DNA of 64,000 bases from a virus, in the IMG/VR virus record IMGVR_UViG_3300044712_001205, positions 4,534-68,533 of that record; one strand, 5' to 3'. The position numbers and the translations under genes were made by a program. This document shows, in pieces, positions 44,377 to 53,726 of the stretch (within the stretch, counting starts at the first letter, position 1; every line of letters begins with the position of its first letter). The notes below the pieces were generated by a model, which was given only the letters and a program-made list of their open reading frames with translations, was not told the DNA's origin and ran no database searches.

Positions 44377-44542
44377 GTTGTTATTTATGGAAAAGAAAAA
44401 TTGTTGTGTGTTTCAAGCAAATGCTCTCAACCCCGGAGCCTAATACTTATGCCGCAAAATCACACAAATCTGTCCACATAATTCTGTACCATTATGGTCC
44501 GTAAATATCTCTGTCCATCCAGGACATAAAGGAGTAAACACT

Positions 44543-45274
44543 TTGAGCAGAAATCGCGCAGCCAAAGCACAAAAGCGTATGACACACACTGAAAATACCA
44601 TCAGTTTCGATCAAGTGGCTAGACCCCAGTCTAGACGCATTGACTTGGTCCCTCGAACACGAAACCAAGAGAAGCTAGTATTGGCCCTGCAAGACGCAGA
44701 GCAACACATTGTGGTCACTGTGGGCCCTGCTGGCACAGGTAAAACTTATCTGGCCATGCTGGCCGCAATCAAAGCACTAAAAGAAGGAGAATGCGACAGA
44801 ATTATTATGACACGCCCAGCAGTGGGTGTGGAAGGTGAACAACACGGATTTTTACCTGGCAACCTAGTGGCCAAGATGGAACCGTGGACTCGTCCCTTGC
44901 TAGACGTCATGCGGGAATACTACCGCCCTCAGGACATCGTAACTATGATAGAGGATCAAATTGTGGAGATAGCGCCCCTGGCTTACATGCGCGGCCGCAC
45001 CTTTAAAAATGCATGGATCATTGCTGACGAGATGCAGAATGCCACCCCAGCACAGGCCAAGATGTTAATGACTCGTATCGGGACCAACAGTCGCATTGTA
45101 ATCACAGGAGATGTAGAGCAAGCTGATCGCAACAATGGCGACAACGGACTCTTGGATCTCTGCGAGCGATTGCAAGCACGACCTGTGCGCGGTATAGCTG
45201 TCTGTGAGCTAGAAGGCCGGGATGTGCAACGTCACAAGATCATTGGTGACGTTCTTCGACTTTACTCCGACTGA
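44543..45274 (+). CDS. phoH: PhoH-family ATPase
   Basis: GPAGTGKT, GFLPG, YMRGRT, DEMQN, TRIG, GDVEQ; TTG start after AAGGAG. Confidence 0.95.
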   Translation: MSRNRAAKAQKRMTHTENTISFDQVARPQSRRIDLVPRTRNQEKLVLALQDAEQHIVVTVGPAGTGKTYLAMLAAIKALKEGECDRIIMTRPAVGVEGEQHGFLPGNLVAKMEPWTRPLLDVMREYYRPQDIVTMIEDQIVEIAPLAYMRGRTFKNAWIIADEMQNATPAQAKMLMTRIGTNSRIVITGDVEQADRNNGDNGLLDLCERLQARPVRGIAVCELEGRDVQRHKIIGDVLRLYSD

Positions 45275-45855
45275 GAGGTTACTATCGAGTAAATTTCTTT
45301 CCAATTACGCACACGTGGTACAGCGGGGTTTTCATAATCCATGTTGTGCCCGTGTTCCATAAGCAGGCTTCGCAAGCCAAGATTGTTGCCAACTTCACAG
45401 TTGTCAATTTTGTCTTCGATCCACCAAAGCCCTGAATCTCTGTAAGGTTCCAGGGCTTCGTCTTTGTCAGCACCGGTATCTAGGATCACAAATTTTTCAA
45501 ATGCTGTTTCACCAAACAGTTTGCGCAGATTCATTTTGCGCAGTTCTTGGGCATCTGTATTAGAACTCAAGCTGGTGATAGCATGAAACACAAACCCATG
45601 TTCTTCGTGCAGACGTTTCACATAGTACATGGCATCACGCAAGGGAGGCAAAAACCCAATGTGTGCTGATTCATTGAAAATCTTTATGAGCTTTTTGCCT
45701 TGATCAGCATCGATACCGTAGCGTTTACCAACGTTGTATTTGAGGTTACCACCTTCTACTTTGTTGAATCCGTGTGTGCGAAGGTATACATCAAAGCTGT
45801 ATTCCCAATCCAGCAACACACCGTCAACATCAGTTAGAATTATTCGCTTGTTCAT
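45262..45855 (-). CDS. HAD-family phosphatase/nucleotidase
   Basis: TDVDGVL, WIEDK..N. Confidence 0.85.
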   Translation of the reverse strand: MNKRIILTDVDGVLLDWEYSFDVYLRTHGFNKVEGGNLKYNVGKRYGIDADQGKKLIKIFNESAHIGFLPPLRDAMYYVKRLHEEHGFVFHAITSLSSNTDAQELRKMNLRKLFGETAFEKFVILDTGADKDEALEPYRDSGLWWIEDKIDNCEVGNNLGLRSLLMEHGHNMDYENPAVPRVRNWKEIYSIVTSQSE

Positions 45856-46138
45856 TTTTCTCAGGCTCGTTTTTGGTTAGTTCGACTTCGTAACCGTTTT
45901 CGTTGAACAATCGCTTGATGATGTTTTCATAGTGCTGCATGTAGTATTCCGCAATGCGATTGAAATCACGCGGCACAGTTACACCGCCCATTGAGGCTTT
46001 GACTACTTCAAGCTTTTTAAAATCCAAGATCACACTGGCTGTTTGAATGTCTCGGGGCTTTAAGTTTTTTGCCACTTGCATGGCTTCGTCAATTCGACCG
46101 TCGGGTTTTTTGTAGTAGGTTAGAATTAGGTATCTCAT
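45830..46138 (-). CDS. Hypothetical protein
   Basis: 102-aa ORF overlapping both neighbours. Confidence 0.7.
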   Translation of the reverse strand: MRYLILTYYKKPDGRIDEAMQVAKNLKPRDIQTASVILDFKKLEVVKASMGGVTVPRDFNRIAEYYMQHYENIIKRLFNENGYEVELTKNEPEKNEQANNSN

Positions 46139-47058
46139 TGTATTTGTGTAAGTTCAATTAGGGTAGCACTCAAGTTGATTTCTACATCAGCCACTGAGTT
46201 GTGATTTACCAGTCCATTACGAATAATGATAATGGCTTGGTCTTGGCGTTCGGGTGTATCTCCCCAGAGATCTAAATTGTCATACATCCAACGAAAAATT
46301 TCTTCGGCTTCTTCGGGCGTGGAGTTCTGGCAAATCATAGTTCTAGCAGCACGTACCTGTCCACGCTTGAACAAGTCCACACATTCCAACTTCCAGTCAC
46401 GTGCAGAACGATCAGAAAGTCCTGGGGGATTAAGTCGGCCTGATTGACTGTTAAGTTGCACTAAGTTCAAGCATTTACGCAGATCAGGATAGGTAGCTTT
46501 GACATAACTGTCCAAAGTGTCTAGGTCAAACTCCACACCTTCTGACACCAATACAGTGGCCACACGGGCGGTGAACTCTGTGTGATCAGTTTTGACAATG
46601 TGAAAACCTTGGCAGCGACTGTGAATAGGCGGAATAATCTTGTGCGGATAGTTACAGGTTAGAATGAAACGCACAGTCTCGGAATAGTCTTCCATCAAAT
46701 TACGCAGTGCAGGCTGTACTGAATCCTTGTTCATGTAGTCAGCTTCGTCAATCAGCACCACTTTGAATTTGCCAAACGGCATAGTCTGACAGAAGCTAAT
46801 CAGTCGATCTACCCACTCAACTTTGCGAGCTTCCTTGGATCCATTGGCGTACATTACATCGTATTCTTCCACCCCAAGTTGGTTGATCAACAGTTTGGCC
46901 AGCGTGGTTTTGCCTGTGCCTGCTGATCCACTCAGCAGCAAATGCGGAATTGATCCGTCGCGAATCCAAGCTTCAACTTGTTCTCGCTGCGACTGATCAA
47001 CAAACACATAGCCATCTACAGTCTTTGGTCTATACGCCTCAACCCATAATTCCTTCAT
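46135..47058 (-). CDS. Clamp loader ATPase subunit (gp44/RFC-like)
   Basis: LWVEAYRPK, GSAGTGKTT, IDEAD, SRC. Confidence 0.95.
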   Translation of the reverse strand: MKELWVEAYRPKTVDGYVFVDQSQREQVEAWIRDGSIPHLLLSGSAGTGKTTLAKLLINQLGVEEYDVMYANGSKEARKVEWVDRLISFCQTMPFGKFKVVLIDEADYMNKDSVQPALRNLMEDYSETVRFILTCNYPHKIIPPIHSRCQGFHIVKTDHTEFTARVATVLVSEGVEFDLDTLDSYVKATYPDLRKCLNLVQLNSQSGRLNPPGLSDRSARDWKLECVDLFKRGQVRAARTMICQNSTPEEAEEIFRWMYDNLDLWGDTPERQDQAIIIIRNGLVNHNSVADVEINLSATLIELTQIQ

Positions 47059-47731
47059 ATGATATCCTTTTTTGATTTAAGACTAATACTACATTATATC
47101 CTTGGGCAACGCAAGCTGTCAACTTTGCCTTGTTCTTTTGTTCTAGCACTAGATCTTTGCCGTGCTTGTTCCAGGTCCAATTTGATTTAATTTCATAAAC
47201 GGTATTGTCGATGATAAAATCGCTAATATATAATCTTTCAACATTGTCAGTAGGATCGGTATACCATACAGATGGTCCGCGCTTTACATTTGATACCAGC
47301 CATTCAATACCGTGTTCAAATTCAATTTCTTCAAGAAATTCGAACTCGTATGTTCCTTGATAAGTTAGTTTGGTATTTTTATACGGAAGTATAGGACATT
47401 CTAAATTATTTTGCCACGGATTTTTATCCCAATGTTCTTGCATTCTCTTAGCAAGTTTTTGATAATGTCCGTTCGCTCGGCGAGTTGCCCCGCCCTTGAT
47501 TTGAGAAGTTTTTGTTATTCCCAACGATGTTCTGGTGGCCAATGATTTTGCAGCGTTTTGTTTATGATCTACATTCTCTGAAAATGCTTTGCGTTTACCC
47601 GGGCAGGAATTCTGGTGTGATGAGCAACAAATTTTTCCTTTGGCAAATCTATATTTTGCTGTGTGTCCGCAACCATATTCGCATATTTCGTTTGTTATAA
47701 TTGGCTCTGCCTTGGGTCTTTGATATGGCAT
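47039..47731 (-). mobile_element. Free-standing putative homing endonuclease (PD-(D/E)xK-like, N-terminal Cys motif)
   Basis: CEYGCG...CC...C; YISDFII...YEIKS; AT-rich; own TAAATA and GAGGAG; 11-bp direct repeat at 47039 and 47770. Confidence 0.7.
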
Positions 47732-47811
47732 AATTTCTCCTCTATATATTTATGAATAGAGAAGTTTTTTCAACCCATAACTTATTCTTCAACTCCGAAA
47801 TATTTCAATAA

Positions 47812-47921
47812 ATGCCGGTTACATTCTCCGGCTTGGCATCTCGTCGCCAATGTAGCAAATACGCTGTTCCAAGTCCTTTTCAGGTGCCTGCTAGGCTGTT
47901 GGCGAGAAACAGAATCGCCCT
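47812..47921 (-). ncRNA. Candidate multi-hairpin ncRNA/regulatory element
   Basis: Stems GGCGA/TCGCC, GCCT/AGGC, TTGGC/GCCAA and GCCGG/CCGGC in an ORF-free gap. Confidence 0.35.
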
Positions 47922-48176
47922 TTATTCTTCAATCTCGAAATGTTCTTTTAGTGAATCAATTTGATACTGAATAATATCATTCCAATCACAGTCAGTTAAC
48001 TCACCGGTATAGATGTCGCATTTTTTATTAGTTTCAAGATTCTTAACACATTCCCGAACAATCAGCTCGGCGAACTTTTCCAACGAATCCAAATACCATT
48101 GTTCATACGCCAAGGGATTGAAGTTATTGTTTATTACACCGGCTTCGACTAAGAGTCTTTGGATTCTTTCTTTCAT
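47922..48176 (-). CDS. Small hypothetical protein (EKFAELIVREC type)
   Basis: Paralogue of the adjacent ORF. Confidence 0.65.
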   Translation of the reverse strand: MKERIQRLLVEAGVINNNFNPLAYEQWYLDSLEKFAELIVRECVKNLETNKKCDIYTGELTDCDWNDIIQYQIDSLKEHFEIEE

Positions 48177-48361
48177 AAGTTTCCTAATCCAATTCTGCTG
48201 TAACCAAGTTCTGTTTTGACTTCTCTACGACTTTCGCGTAGTTCTTCATTATACGCTTGAATCACTAACTTAGCAAACTTTTCGGCATTGTCTACGCTCA
48301 TCCATTTGCCGCTGGTATCTGTTCCAGCCTGTTTCATTAAGTCTTGAATACGTTGATTCAT
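48173..48361 (-). CDS. Small hypothetical protein
   Basis: MNQRIQDL...EKFAKLVI. Confidence 0.6.
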   Translation of the reverse strand: MNQRIQDLMKQAGTDTSGKWMSVDNAEKFAKLVIQAYNEELRESRREVKTELGYSRIGLGNL

Positions 48362-48483
48362 TTTGTAATTCTAAATCCAAAGGTCCAAAAGTCAATACGG
48401 GCAAACCATCGCCCGTCGTTTTTACCAAAACCGATTCTTAAGAATCTTGTATTTTTGTCCCAGGTGAGTTTTGTTACCTTCAT
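48358..48483 (-). CDS. 41-aa aromatic/basic peptide
   Basis: Read by hand: MKVTKLTWDKNTRFLRIGFGKNDGRWFARIDFWTFGFRITK; ATGA overlaps on both sides. Confidence 0.55.
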   Translation of the reverse strand: MKVTKLTWDKNTRFLRIGFGKNDGRWFARIDFWTFGFRITK

Positions 48484-48782
48484 TGATATACACTTCCTGG
48501 TTGGCCGGGGTCGTTTGAGTCAGTGCAGGCCAGATCATGATCACTGGCATGCGGGCAGCGTTTATTACCACAGGTAGGGCAGAGAATCATTCTAGTTGAA
48601 TTCAAGGGAAGAAAACTGCCCTCACGCTCTACTAGATTCTTTTCTCGAACGCAGCGATGGCACGAACATTCCTTGCCGTCCCAGACTTTGGAGGGTTCTT
48701 TTTTGCCAAAAGTTGCTTCCCAGTTGCTGCCAAACTGCTGTTGATCTACACTGTATGGACGCGGTCTAGATCCTTTGCCCAT
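48480..48782 (-). CDS. Cys-rich Zn-binding hypothetical protein
   Basis: Start MGKGSRPRP at 48782; CSCHRC...CPTCGNKRCPHA. Confidence 0.65.
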   Translation of the reverse strand: MGKGSRPRPYSVDQQQFGSNWEATFGKKEPSKVWDGKECSCHRCVREKNLVEREGSFLPLNSTRMILCPTCGNKRCPHASDHDLACTDSNDPGQPGSVYQ

Positions 48783-49069
48783 TATACCAACTCCTCTACA
48801 ATGCCTAGAAATTCTGCTAGGATAAAGAATATACCGGCCAACACAAGGCTGCCGGGCCAAATCAATGCAATGCCAGCAGCAATGCGAGTGGCGCTCTTGA
48901 GTAGGCTCACAACAAAGTGGCCATAACTGGTGTCTCGGGGTTGAATGTTTAACATAGGTTTGTGATGTGGGCAGCGCCCTTGTTTGTAGTCGCAGTCAGC
49001 CGAATATGGCTGTCTGCAGATTTTACACTTGTCTAAGTGCTCGCCAAGCTTGGCGTTTGTCTTGTTCAC
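48782..49069 (-). CDS. Small membrane protein
   Basis: C-terminal TM hairpin; start uncertain. Confidence 0.55.
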   Translation of the reverse strand: MNKTNAKLGEHLDKCKICRQPYSADCDYKQGRCPHHKPMLNIQPRDTSYGHFVVSLLKSATRIAAGIALIWPGSLVLAGIFFILAEFLGIVEELV

Positions 49070-49274
49070 GTTGTTGCTCCTCTAACCATTCCTGCTCTCC
49101 GGCAAAAGACGGACTGTTTTTGAGCATTTGGTCGAGTTCAAATTTTACACGATACAGATCTTGTTTGCAAGCCCAAGCGGTAAAACCATCGTTGTAACTG
49201 CTGACCACTTGGGCATGACACGCTGACAAATCTTGAATGACTTGTGCAGAGTTCCAGCGTTTTATAAAGCTCAT
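49023..49274 (-). CDS. Hypothetical protein
   Basis: 83 aa, NDGFTAWACKQDL. Confidence 0.6.
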   Translation of the reverse strand: MSFIKRWNSAQVIQDLSACHAQVVSSYNDGFTAWACKQDLYRVKFELDQMLKNSPSFAGEQEWLEEQQREQDKRQAWRALRQV

Positions 49275-49675
49275 TAGTTGTGCTGCATCCAGCTGGGTTT
49301 GGCTTCGATGTGAACTGCATCAGAGAAAGTCTCGTCTTGCATGGGCTGGTCACTCTGCAACAGGATATCCTTGGGATCAACTCTGCGCAGAGTATGTTTG
49401 CCAGTTTCGTCTTCGACGTCGATGCCACGTGTCCAGCGTCCATGTGAAATGAGAATCCAGTCGCCTACTTTGACATCGTGCTGCTCAGGGCCCACTGCAT
49501 AGACTTGTGCCCAGCGTGGACGAATGCCTGTGCCTTTGCCGTTGTCGTTGAGCAACACAATACCACCAGTGGTAATGCGTTCGTCAAAAACCATGTCTGC
49601 TACAACCACTGAATCGTTGAGTGGTCGTAGACTTTGGCGTTGAATTCTGTGAGCTTCAAATGCTAGTTTGGTCAT
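49274..49675 (-). CDS. groES: GroES/Cpn10-like co-chaperonin
   Basis: LRPLNDSVVV, TTGGIVL, VYAVGP, VKVGD. Confidence 0.85.
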   Translation of the reverse strand: MTKLAFEAHRIQRQSLRPLNDSVVVADMVFDERITTGGIVLLNDNGKGTGIRPRWAQVYAVGPEQHDVKVGDWILISHGRWTRGIDVEDETGKHTLRRVDPKDILLQSDQPMQDETFSDAVHIEAKPSWMQHN

Positions 49676-49875
49676 TTTTTCTGTGTGGTTTGATTTTGAT
49701 ATTGACGGTTAACTTGTTGGGTCTTCGAGCTGATGGGACGATTCATGTCGTCCACTACATCGCCACGGGCGTTGACATTCATGTTGCCTACAGCACGTAC
49801 CTGTTCGTTTTGCAGAACTAGTCTGCCCATGTCTACAATTTTACCTTGGGCGGTTTTGTAAGTTTTTTGAGTCAT
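49672..49875 (-). CDS. Hypothetical protein (67 aa)
   Basis: AGGAG RBS; AVGNMNVNARGD. Confidence 0.7.
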   Translation of the reverse strand: MTQKTYKTAQGKIVDMGRLVLQNEQVRAVGNMNVNARGDVVDDMNRPISSKTQQVNRQYQNQTTQKK

Positions 49876-49896
49876 AGCAATCTCCTAAAACAATAT

Positions 49897-50415
49897 TTAA
49901 CGCAAGAATTCGGTGGGATCTAATTCGTAGTACATGCTGTCAATTCTGTGTACACCCAATTTGTACAGCACATAACTGGCCACTGAACTGCCTCGGCCCA
50001 CGCCCCAGATCAAGCGATTTTCAGTCATGACGTCCACAAGATACTTGAGATATCTCAGCAGATCAAACAAGTTGCGTTCTTGAAACAACAACAGTTCTTC
50101 ACCGCAGCGTTGTAGTTCGGCGTCAGTTTTGCACAGACTCAGCACATGGGCAGCAATATCCATGCTTTTGTACTCATCGGGCATGTACCATGTGGACTGA
50201 CAACGATGATCCCACTGTTCAACAGTTTGTTGTTGTGCCAGTTCATCGTAACGAATAAACGCAGGCACATTGTCCAGAATACTTGCAGCAGTTTCTAAAT
50301 CAATGGTGTTATCTACCATGAGATGTTGCAGTGTGCTGATATCATGCCCTTGCAGATACAGATGTATGACATCTTGCTCACTGAACACCATTTGCCCAAA
50401 TTTGTCAGTTTTCAT
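49897..50415 (-). CDS. Stand-alone DnaE (Pol III alpha)-like fragment
   Basis: R..EEL...WGVGRGSSVASYVLY.LGVHRID; likely start MKTDK at 50415. Confidence 0.75.
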   Translation of the reverse strand: MKTDKFGQMVFSEQDVIHLYLQGHDISTLQHLMVDNTIDLETAASILDNVPAFIRYDELAQQQTVEQWDHRCQSTWYMPDEYKSMDIAAHVLSLCKTDAELQRCGEELLLFQERNLFDLLRYLKYLVDVMTENRLIWGVGRGSSVASYVLYKLGVHRIDSMYYELDPTEFLR

Positions 50416-51007
50416 GTCGTGGAAATTTTGCGTATACCACAGTATGCTCTTTTTCTTGAGATTTGTCAACTACATCTGGCCAAAGCAATCCGTATTCGGC
50501 CCAAGGATGCAAAACTTTTACCACTTTGTCTGTGTTTTCATTTTGGGTCAATGTATTGTGTACAGTGCCCGAATCGTGCCACCAACCTTCGGCATTAAAT
50601 GGTCCAATAGCATCTTCTTCGGTGTGGTCATACCAAACATCATCACCCAGTTTGGAACTGATGTCCAATGCTGTCACTGCCATCACGCCTTCCATGATAG
50701 CATTGAGTTTGCAAAACAACATGAGACCCACAATTTGATCCACAGGCTCGTCGGGCAAGCTCACAACATTGGCCCCGATCAAGTCCAGCAGCTCACACAA
50801 GTCGGGTTGATTTTGATTTACGAACACAGCATCTGCTAGTTCTAGATTTACAAAACACTTGAGGCGGTCCATGGCTACATTGATTGCAGCACGGTCCGCT
50901 GACTGTGTTTCCAAATTAAGATTGACCTGATATTGGTTTAGTTGTAGCACGCCGTCTATGTGTATGGCGCCCGAAAACTCTAAATTGTATTGTAGTCTAA
51001 CGTTCAT
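50405..51007 (-). CDS. Hypothetical protein
   Basis: 200-aa ORF overlapping both neighbours. Confidence 0.7.
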   Translation of the reverse strand: MNVRLQYNLEFSGAIHIDGVLQLNQYQVNLNLETQSADRAAINVAMDRLKCFVNLELADAVFVNQNQPDLCELLDLIGANVVSLPDEPVDQIVGLMLFCKLNAIMEGVMAVTALDISSKLGDDVWYDHTEEDAIGPFNAEGWWHDSGTVHNTLTQNENTDKVVKVLHPWAEYGLLWPDVVDKSQEKEHTVVYAKFPRHEN

Positions 51008-51243
51008 TGAATGTTGATTTTGTTTTCAAAATCTATGTTGGTGGTGTTGGCCTTTTGATAGCTCTCTTGCAGCTTGGCTTGGTAAGCATTGTAATAAGTT
51101 TCCAATGCCATTCTTATTTGATTGCCGAGATGACCATTGCCCGATCTTTGAGCAATGGCCAGTTTCTTTTGTAGTTCGCTGACTTTGGCGCCTAACTCTT
51201 CTGTGGTTAGGTTAGATACGTCGCCGATTAACGGATGTTCCAT
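51004..51243 (-). CDS. Small coiled-coil protein
   Basis: 79 aa; ATG 6 nt after a -10 box. Confidence 0.7.
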   Translation of the reverse strand: MEHPLIGDVSNLTTEELGAKVSELQKKLAIAQRSGNGHLGNQIRMALETYYNAYQAKLQESYQKANTTNIDFENKINIQ

Positions 51244-51249
51244 CTTTGA

Positions 51250-51278
51250 ATTGTATTACAAAAAATGAACAAAGTCAA
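51250..51278 (-). promoter_or_regulatory. Sigma70 promoter giving a leaderless mRNA
   Basis: TTGACT-17-TACAAT-TCAAAG-ATG. Confidence 0.6.
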
Positions 51279-51287
51279 TGACTGTGG

Positions 51288-52805
51288 TTAACTCCAGTTA
51301 CCCACAGATGTCACAGAGCTATTGCCCACAGGAATCAAACGGAAATAACTGTTGCGAACAATAGTAGGTGCGCCGCCTGGGGCAGCACTGAACTGAATCT
51401 GCGGAATCAACGTACCAGCAGCATTGGTTCTAATTGTGCCCTTGAGTAGCACAGTAATATTTTCAGTTGCCGATGTGGATGCAGCGGTCACTGTCAATGC
51501 ACCAACACCTGTACCGTAAATTCGACTCACAGCACCCAACACGTTTCCGGTTGTGGATGTGGTTTCTGCAAGATACGTAATGCTGGTAAATGTAGCAGTA
51601 CCACCGAACAGCGTGGCCAGTGTGTGACTGGTTGTACCAGCAGAACGTGCAATGTAATACACAGCTTCAAACATGTAGGTAGTTGACCCCAACAGGGTGA
51701 TTGCTCCCGAAGCAGTTGCATTGAATACTTGCTGTGCTGAAGAACTGTTGGATGCAACATAATCTGAACTTTGAACAATGAAATATTCACTGGGCAATAT
51801 TCCTCGCTGGCTTGCAGCAACAGAACTGTAAATAGATGTTCCATCGTACTCGATTGCGCCAGATGCAGGAGTTACCAACAAACTGCCAGCGGTTAGTCTT
51901 ATGGGCGCATTGGTAGTAGTACCGGCTGAGGGTCTGCTGAAGCCGTTGATGTTGACGCCTACAACGTTGCCTGTTGTGCTAATAGTACCAGCAGTGGAAA
52001 TGTTACCTCCGCTGATGTTGCCTGTGGCTGTCACAGTGCCAGCAGTGGAAATGTTACCTCCGCTGATGTTGCCTGTGGACACAACTCTGCCGCCAGTGAT
52101 CAAATTGCCGCCTGTAACATTTCCTGCTGCACTTACAAAACCAGTGGCAGTGATGTCATCGGTTTGAATATCTGCGCTGACAAAGTTGGTCAACGCACGG
52201 TTTAGGTCAAACACAGTGATAGTAACACCAGCATCATAACTGCCAAATGCAAACTCATAGATGCCTGTGGCACCAAACGTAATCGTGCCTGTGTAGGCAT
52301 TGGTGGCCACGTATCCTTGAATACCTTGTGTGCCCAACAGTTGGCCAGTAGTAGGCGCTTTGATTGTGATGGTATGGGAAATGTCAGTGATGTTGATCTG
52401 TACTTTTACATAACCATAGTTTGCAACCAAGCCGTTCAGCGTAGGGAAATTTGAAAATTCAATTGTGGTAGGAGCGTTGGTTGTAAATGTCTGATAATGC
52501 CCTAACGCATAGTTCACTGTGGCAGTGAGAGGACTACCAGTGGGGCTGATCTGCACACGTGGTGCTGCAAAGTCTCTAATGGCCGCGGCGTAGATCAAAT
52601 TGTCGTTCATGTTGTTGTCAAGAACGCCACCGATCAGTGCGGCTTTTAGCAATGCTTTGCTTTGCAAGTCGTTGATTTCGTCTTCGGCGTATTGAAAGTT
52701 GGTTTTGATGTTGGTAAAATTGTCGCGAAAGCCTTGACTGTTGTTGTCTTGACCTGCAACTGGATATGCGCCGTCGATGTTGTTTGGGTTAATATTACTT
52801 GACAT
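51288..52805 (-). CDS. Virion tail/baseplate-associated protein
   Basis: N-terminal YPVAGQDNNSQGFRDNF; GN-rich 17-aa repeats. Confidence 0.75.
   Translation of the reverse strand: MSSNINPNNIDGAYPVAGQDNNSQGFRDNFTNIKTNFQYAEDEINDLQSKALLKAALIGGVLDNNMNDNLIYAAAIRDFAAPRVQISPTGSPLTATVNYALGHYQTFTTNAPTTIEFSNFPTLNGLVANYGYVKVQINITDISHTITIKAPTTGQLLGTQGIQGYVATNAYTGTITFGATGIYEFAFGSYDAGVTITVFDLNRALTNFVSADIQTDDITATGFVSAAGNVTGGNLITGGRVVSTGNISGGNISTAGTVTATGNISGGNISTAGTISTTGNVVGVNINGFSRPSAGTTTNAPIRLTAGSLLVTPASGAIEYDGTSIYSSVAASQRGILPSEYFIVQSSDYVASNSSSAQQVFNATASGAITLLGSTTYMFEAVYYIARSAGTTSHTLATLFGGTATFTSITYLAETTSTTGNVLGAVSRIYGTGVGALTVTAASTSATENITVLLKGTIRTNAAGTLIPQIQFSAAPGGAPTIVRNSYFRLIPVGNSSVTSVGNWS
51988..52078. 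repeat. Exact 40-bp duplication with a 51-bp period
   Basis: CCAGCAGTGGAAATGTTACCTCCGCTGATGTTGCCTGTGG at 51988 and 52039. Confidence 0.85.
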
Positions 52806-52820
52806 TGTTTGTCCTTGTTG

Positions 52821-53714
52821 TTATGCAAATACGCAACCGTTGTTGCCAATGCAGAACCATTTGTTGTTGATGTATTGCAGTGTACAAGCGTCACCGATGG
52901 TATCAAACGTAATTGTGCCAGTGCCTGATGTTTTCCAACCTGCGTTGGTCACGGTGATTACCATGTCGCCACCGTCGGCATACATTGCAAATACTTTTAT
53001 TTGTCCCTTGACACCTGCTGCCAACGTGGCTGTTTCGGCAGCAGCAGTGCTAAAATAACTGGTGTTTACTGCCAGGCTTGCAGCAGCAGAAGCTGCTAAG
53101 TCTTCGCTGGTGGCATTGAATGGGGTGTGGCTTAACTGTTGTACTGTGACTTCTGCGCCGCCATCGGAACATACAAATTCAAAATCATAATATCCCACAG
53201 CAGGGAATGTTATAACTCCGCTGTAACCATTGGTTGCTGTGTAGCCTTGCAGTTGGGTAGCATTGATCAATGCTGCACCCCCACCAGTGTTGTCGGCTGC
53301 AATTGTTAATGTATGAGCAGTACTAATAACTTCAACTTGCAAACGCATATAACCCACTGACGAAGAACCTGCAGTAGGCCAGTTACTGAAAGTAATACTG
53401 ACAGCGCCGTCGGTTACTAAAGAATAATACGGTGCAGAAGCAAAGTTTAATACTATGCTACCTGCAGCTGAAGGGTCAGTGACCTTGGTCCATGCAATGT
53501 CTTGCAGTTTTGCAGCGTAGATTGTGTTGTCGTTGAAGTTGTTTGCACCGTTGATCACTGCACTGTTGGTTTGCAGTGCATTGATTTCTTGTTCAGCATA
53601 CTCAAAGTTTTGCTTGATATTGGTAAAGTTGGTACGAAAACCCTGTGTGCTGTTGTCCTGACCAGCCACAGGGTATGCAGTATCAATGTTGTTGGGGTTG
53701 ATAAGACTTGCCAT
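52821..53714 (-). CDS. Virion protein, paralogue of 51288-52805
   Basis: Shared N-terminus INPNNID.AYPVAGQDN..QGFR.NFTNIK. Confidence 0.75.
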   Translation of the reverse strand: MASLINPNNIDTAYPVAGQDNSTQGFRTNFTNIKQNFEYAEQEINALQTNSAVINGANNFNDNTIYAAKLQDIAWTKVTDPSAAGSIVLNFASAPYYSLVTDGAVSITFSNWPTAGSSSVGYMRLQVEVISTAHTLTIAADNTGGGAALINATQLQGYTATNGYSGVITFPAVGYYDFEFVCSDGGAEVTVQQLSHTPFNATSEDLAASAAASLAVNTSYFSTAAAETATLAAGVKGQIKVFAMYADGGDMVITVTNAGWKTSGTGTITFDTIGDACTLQYINNKWFCIGNNGCVFA

Positions 53715-53726
53715 TTTTTTCCTATT

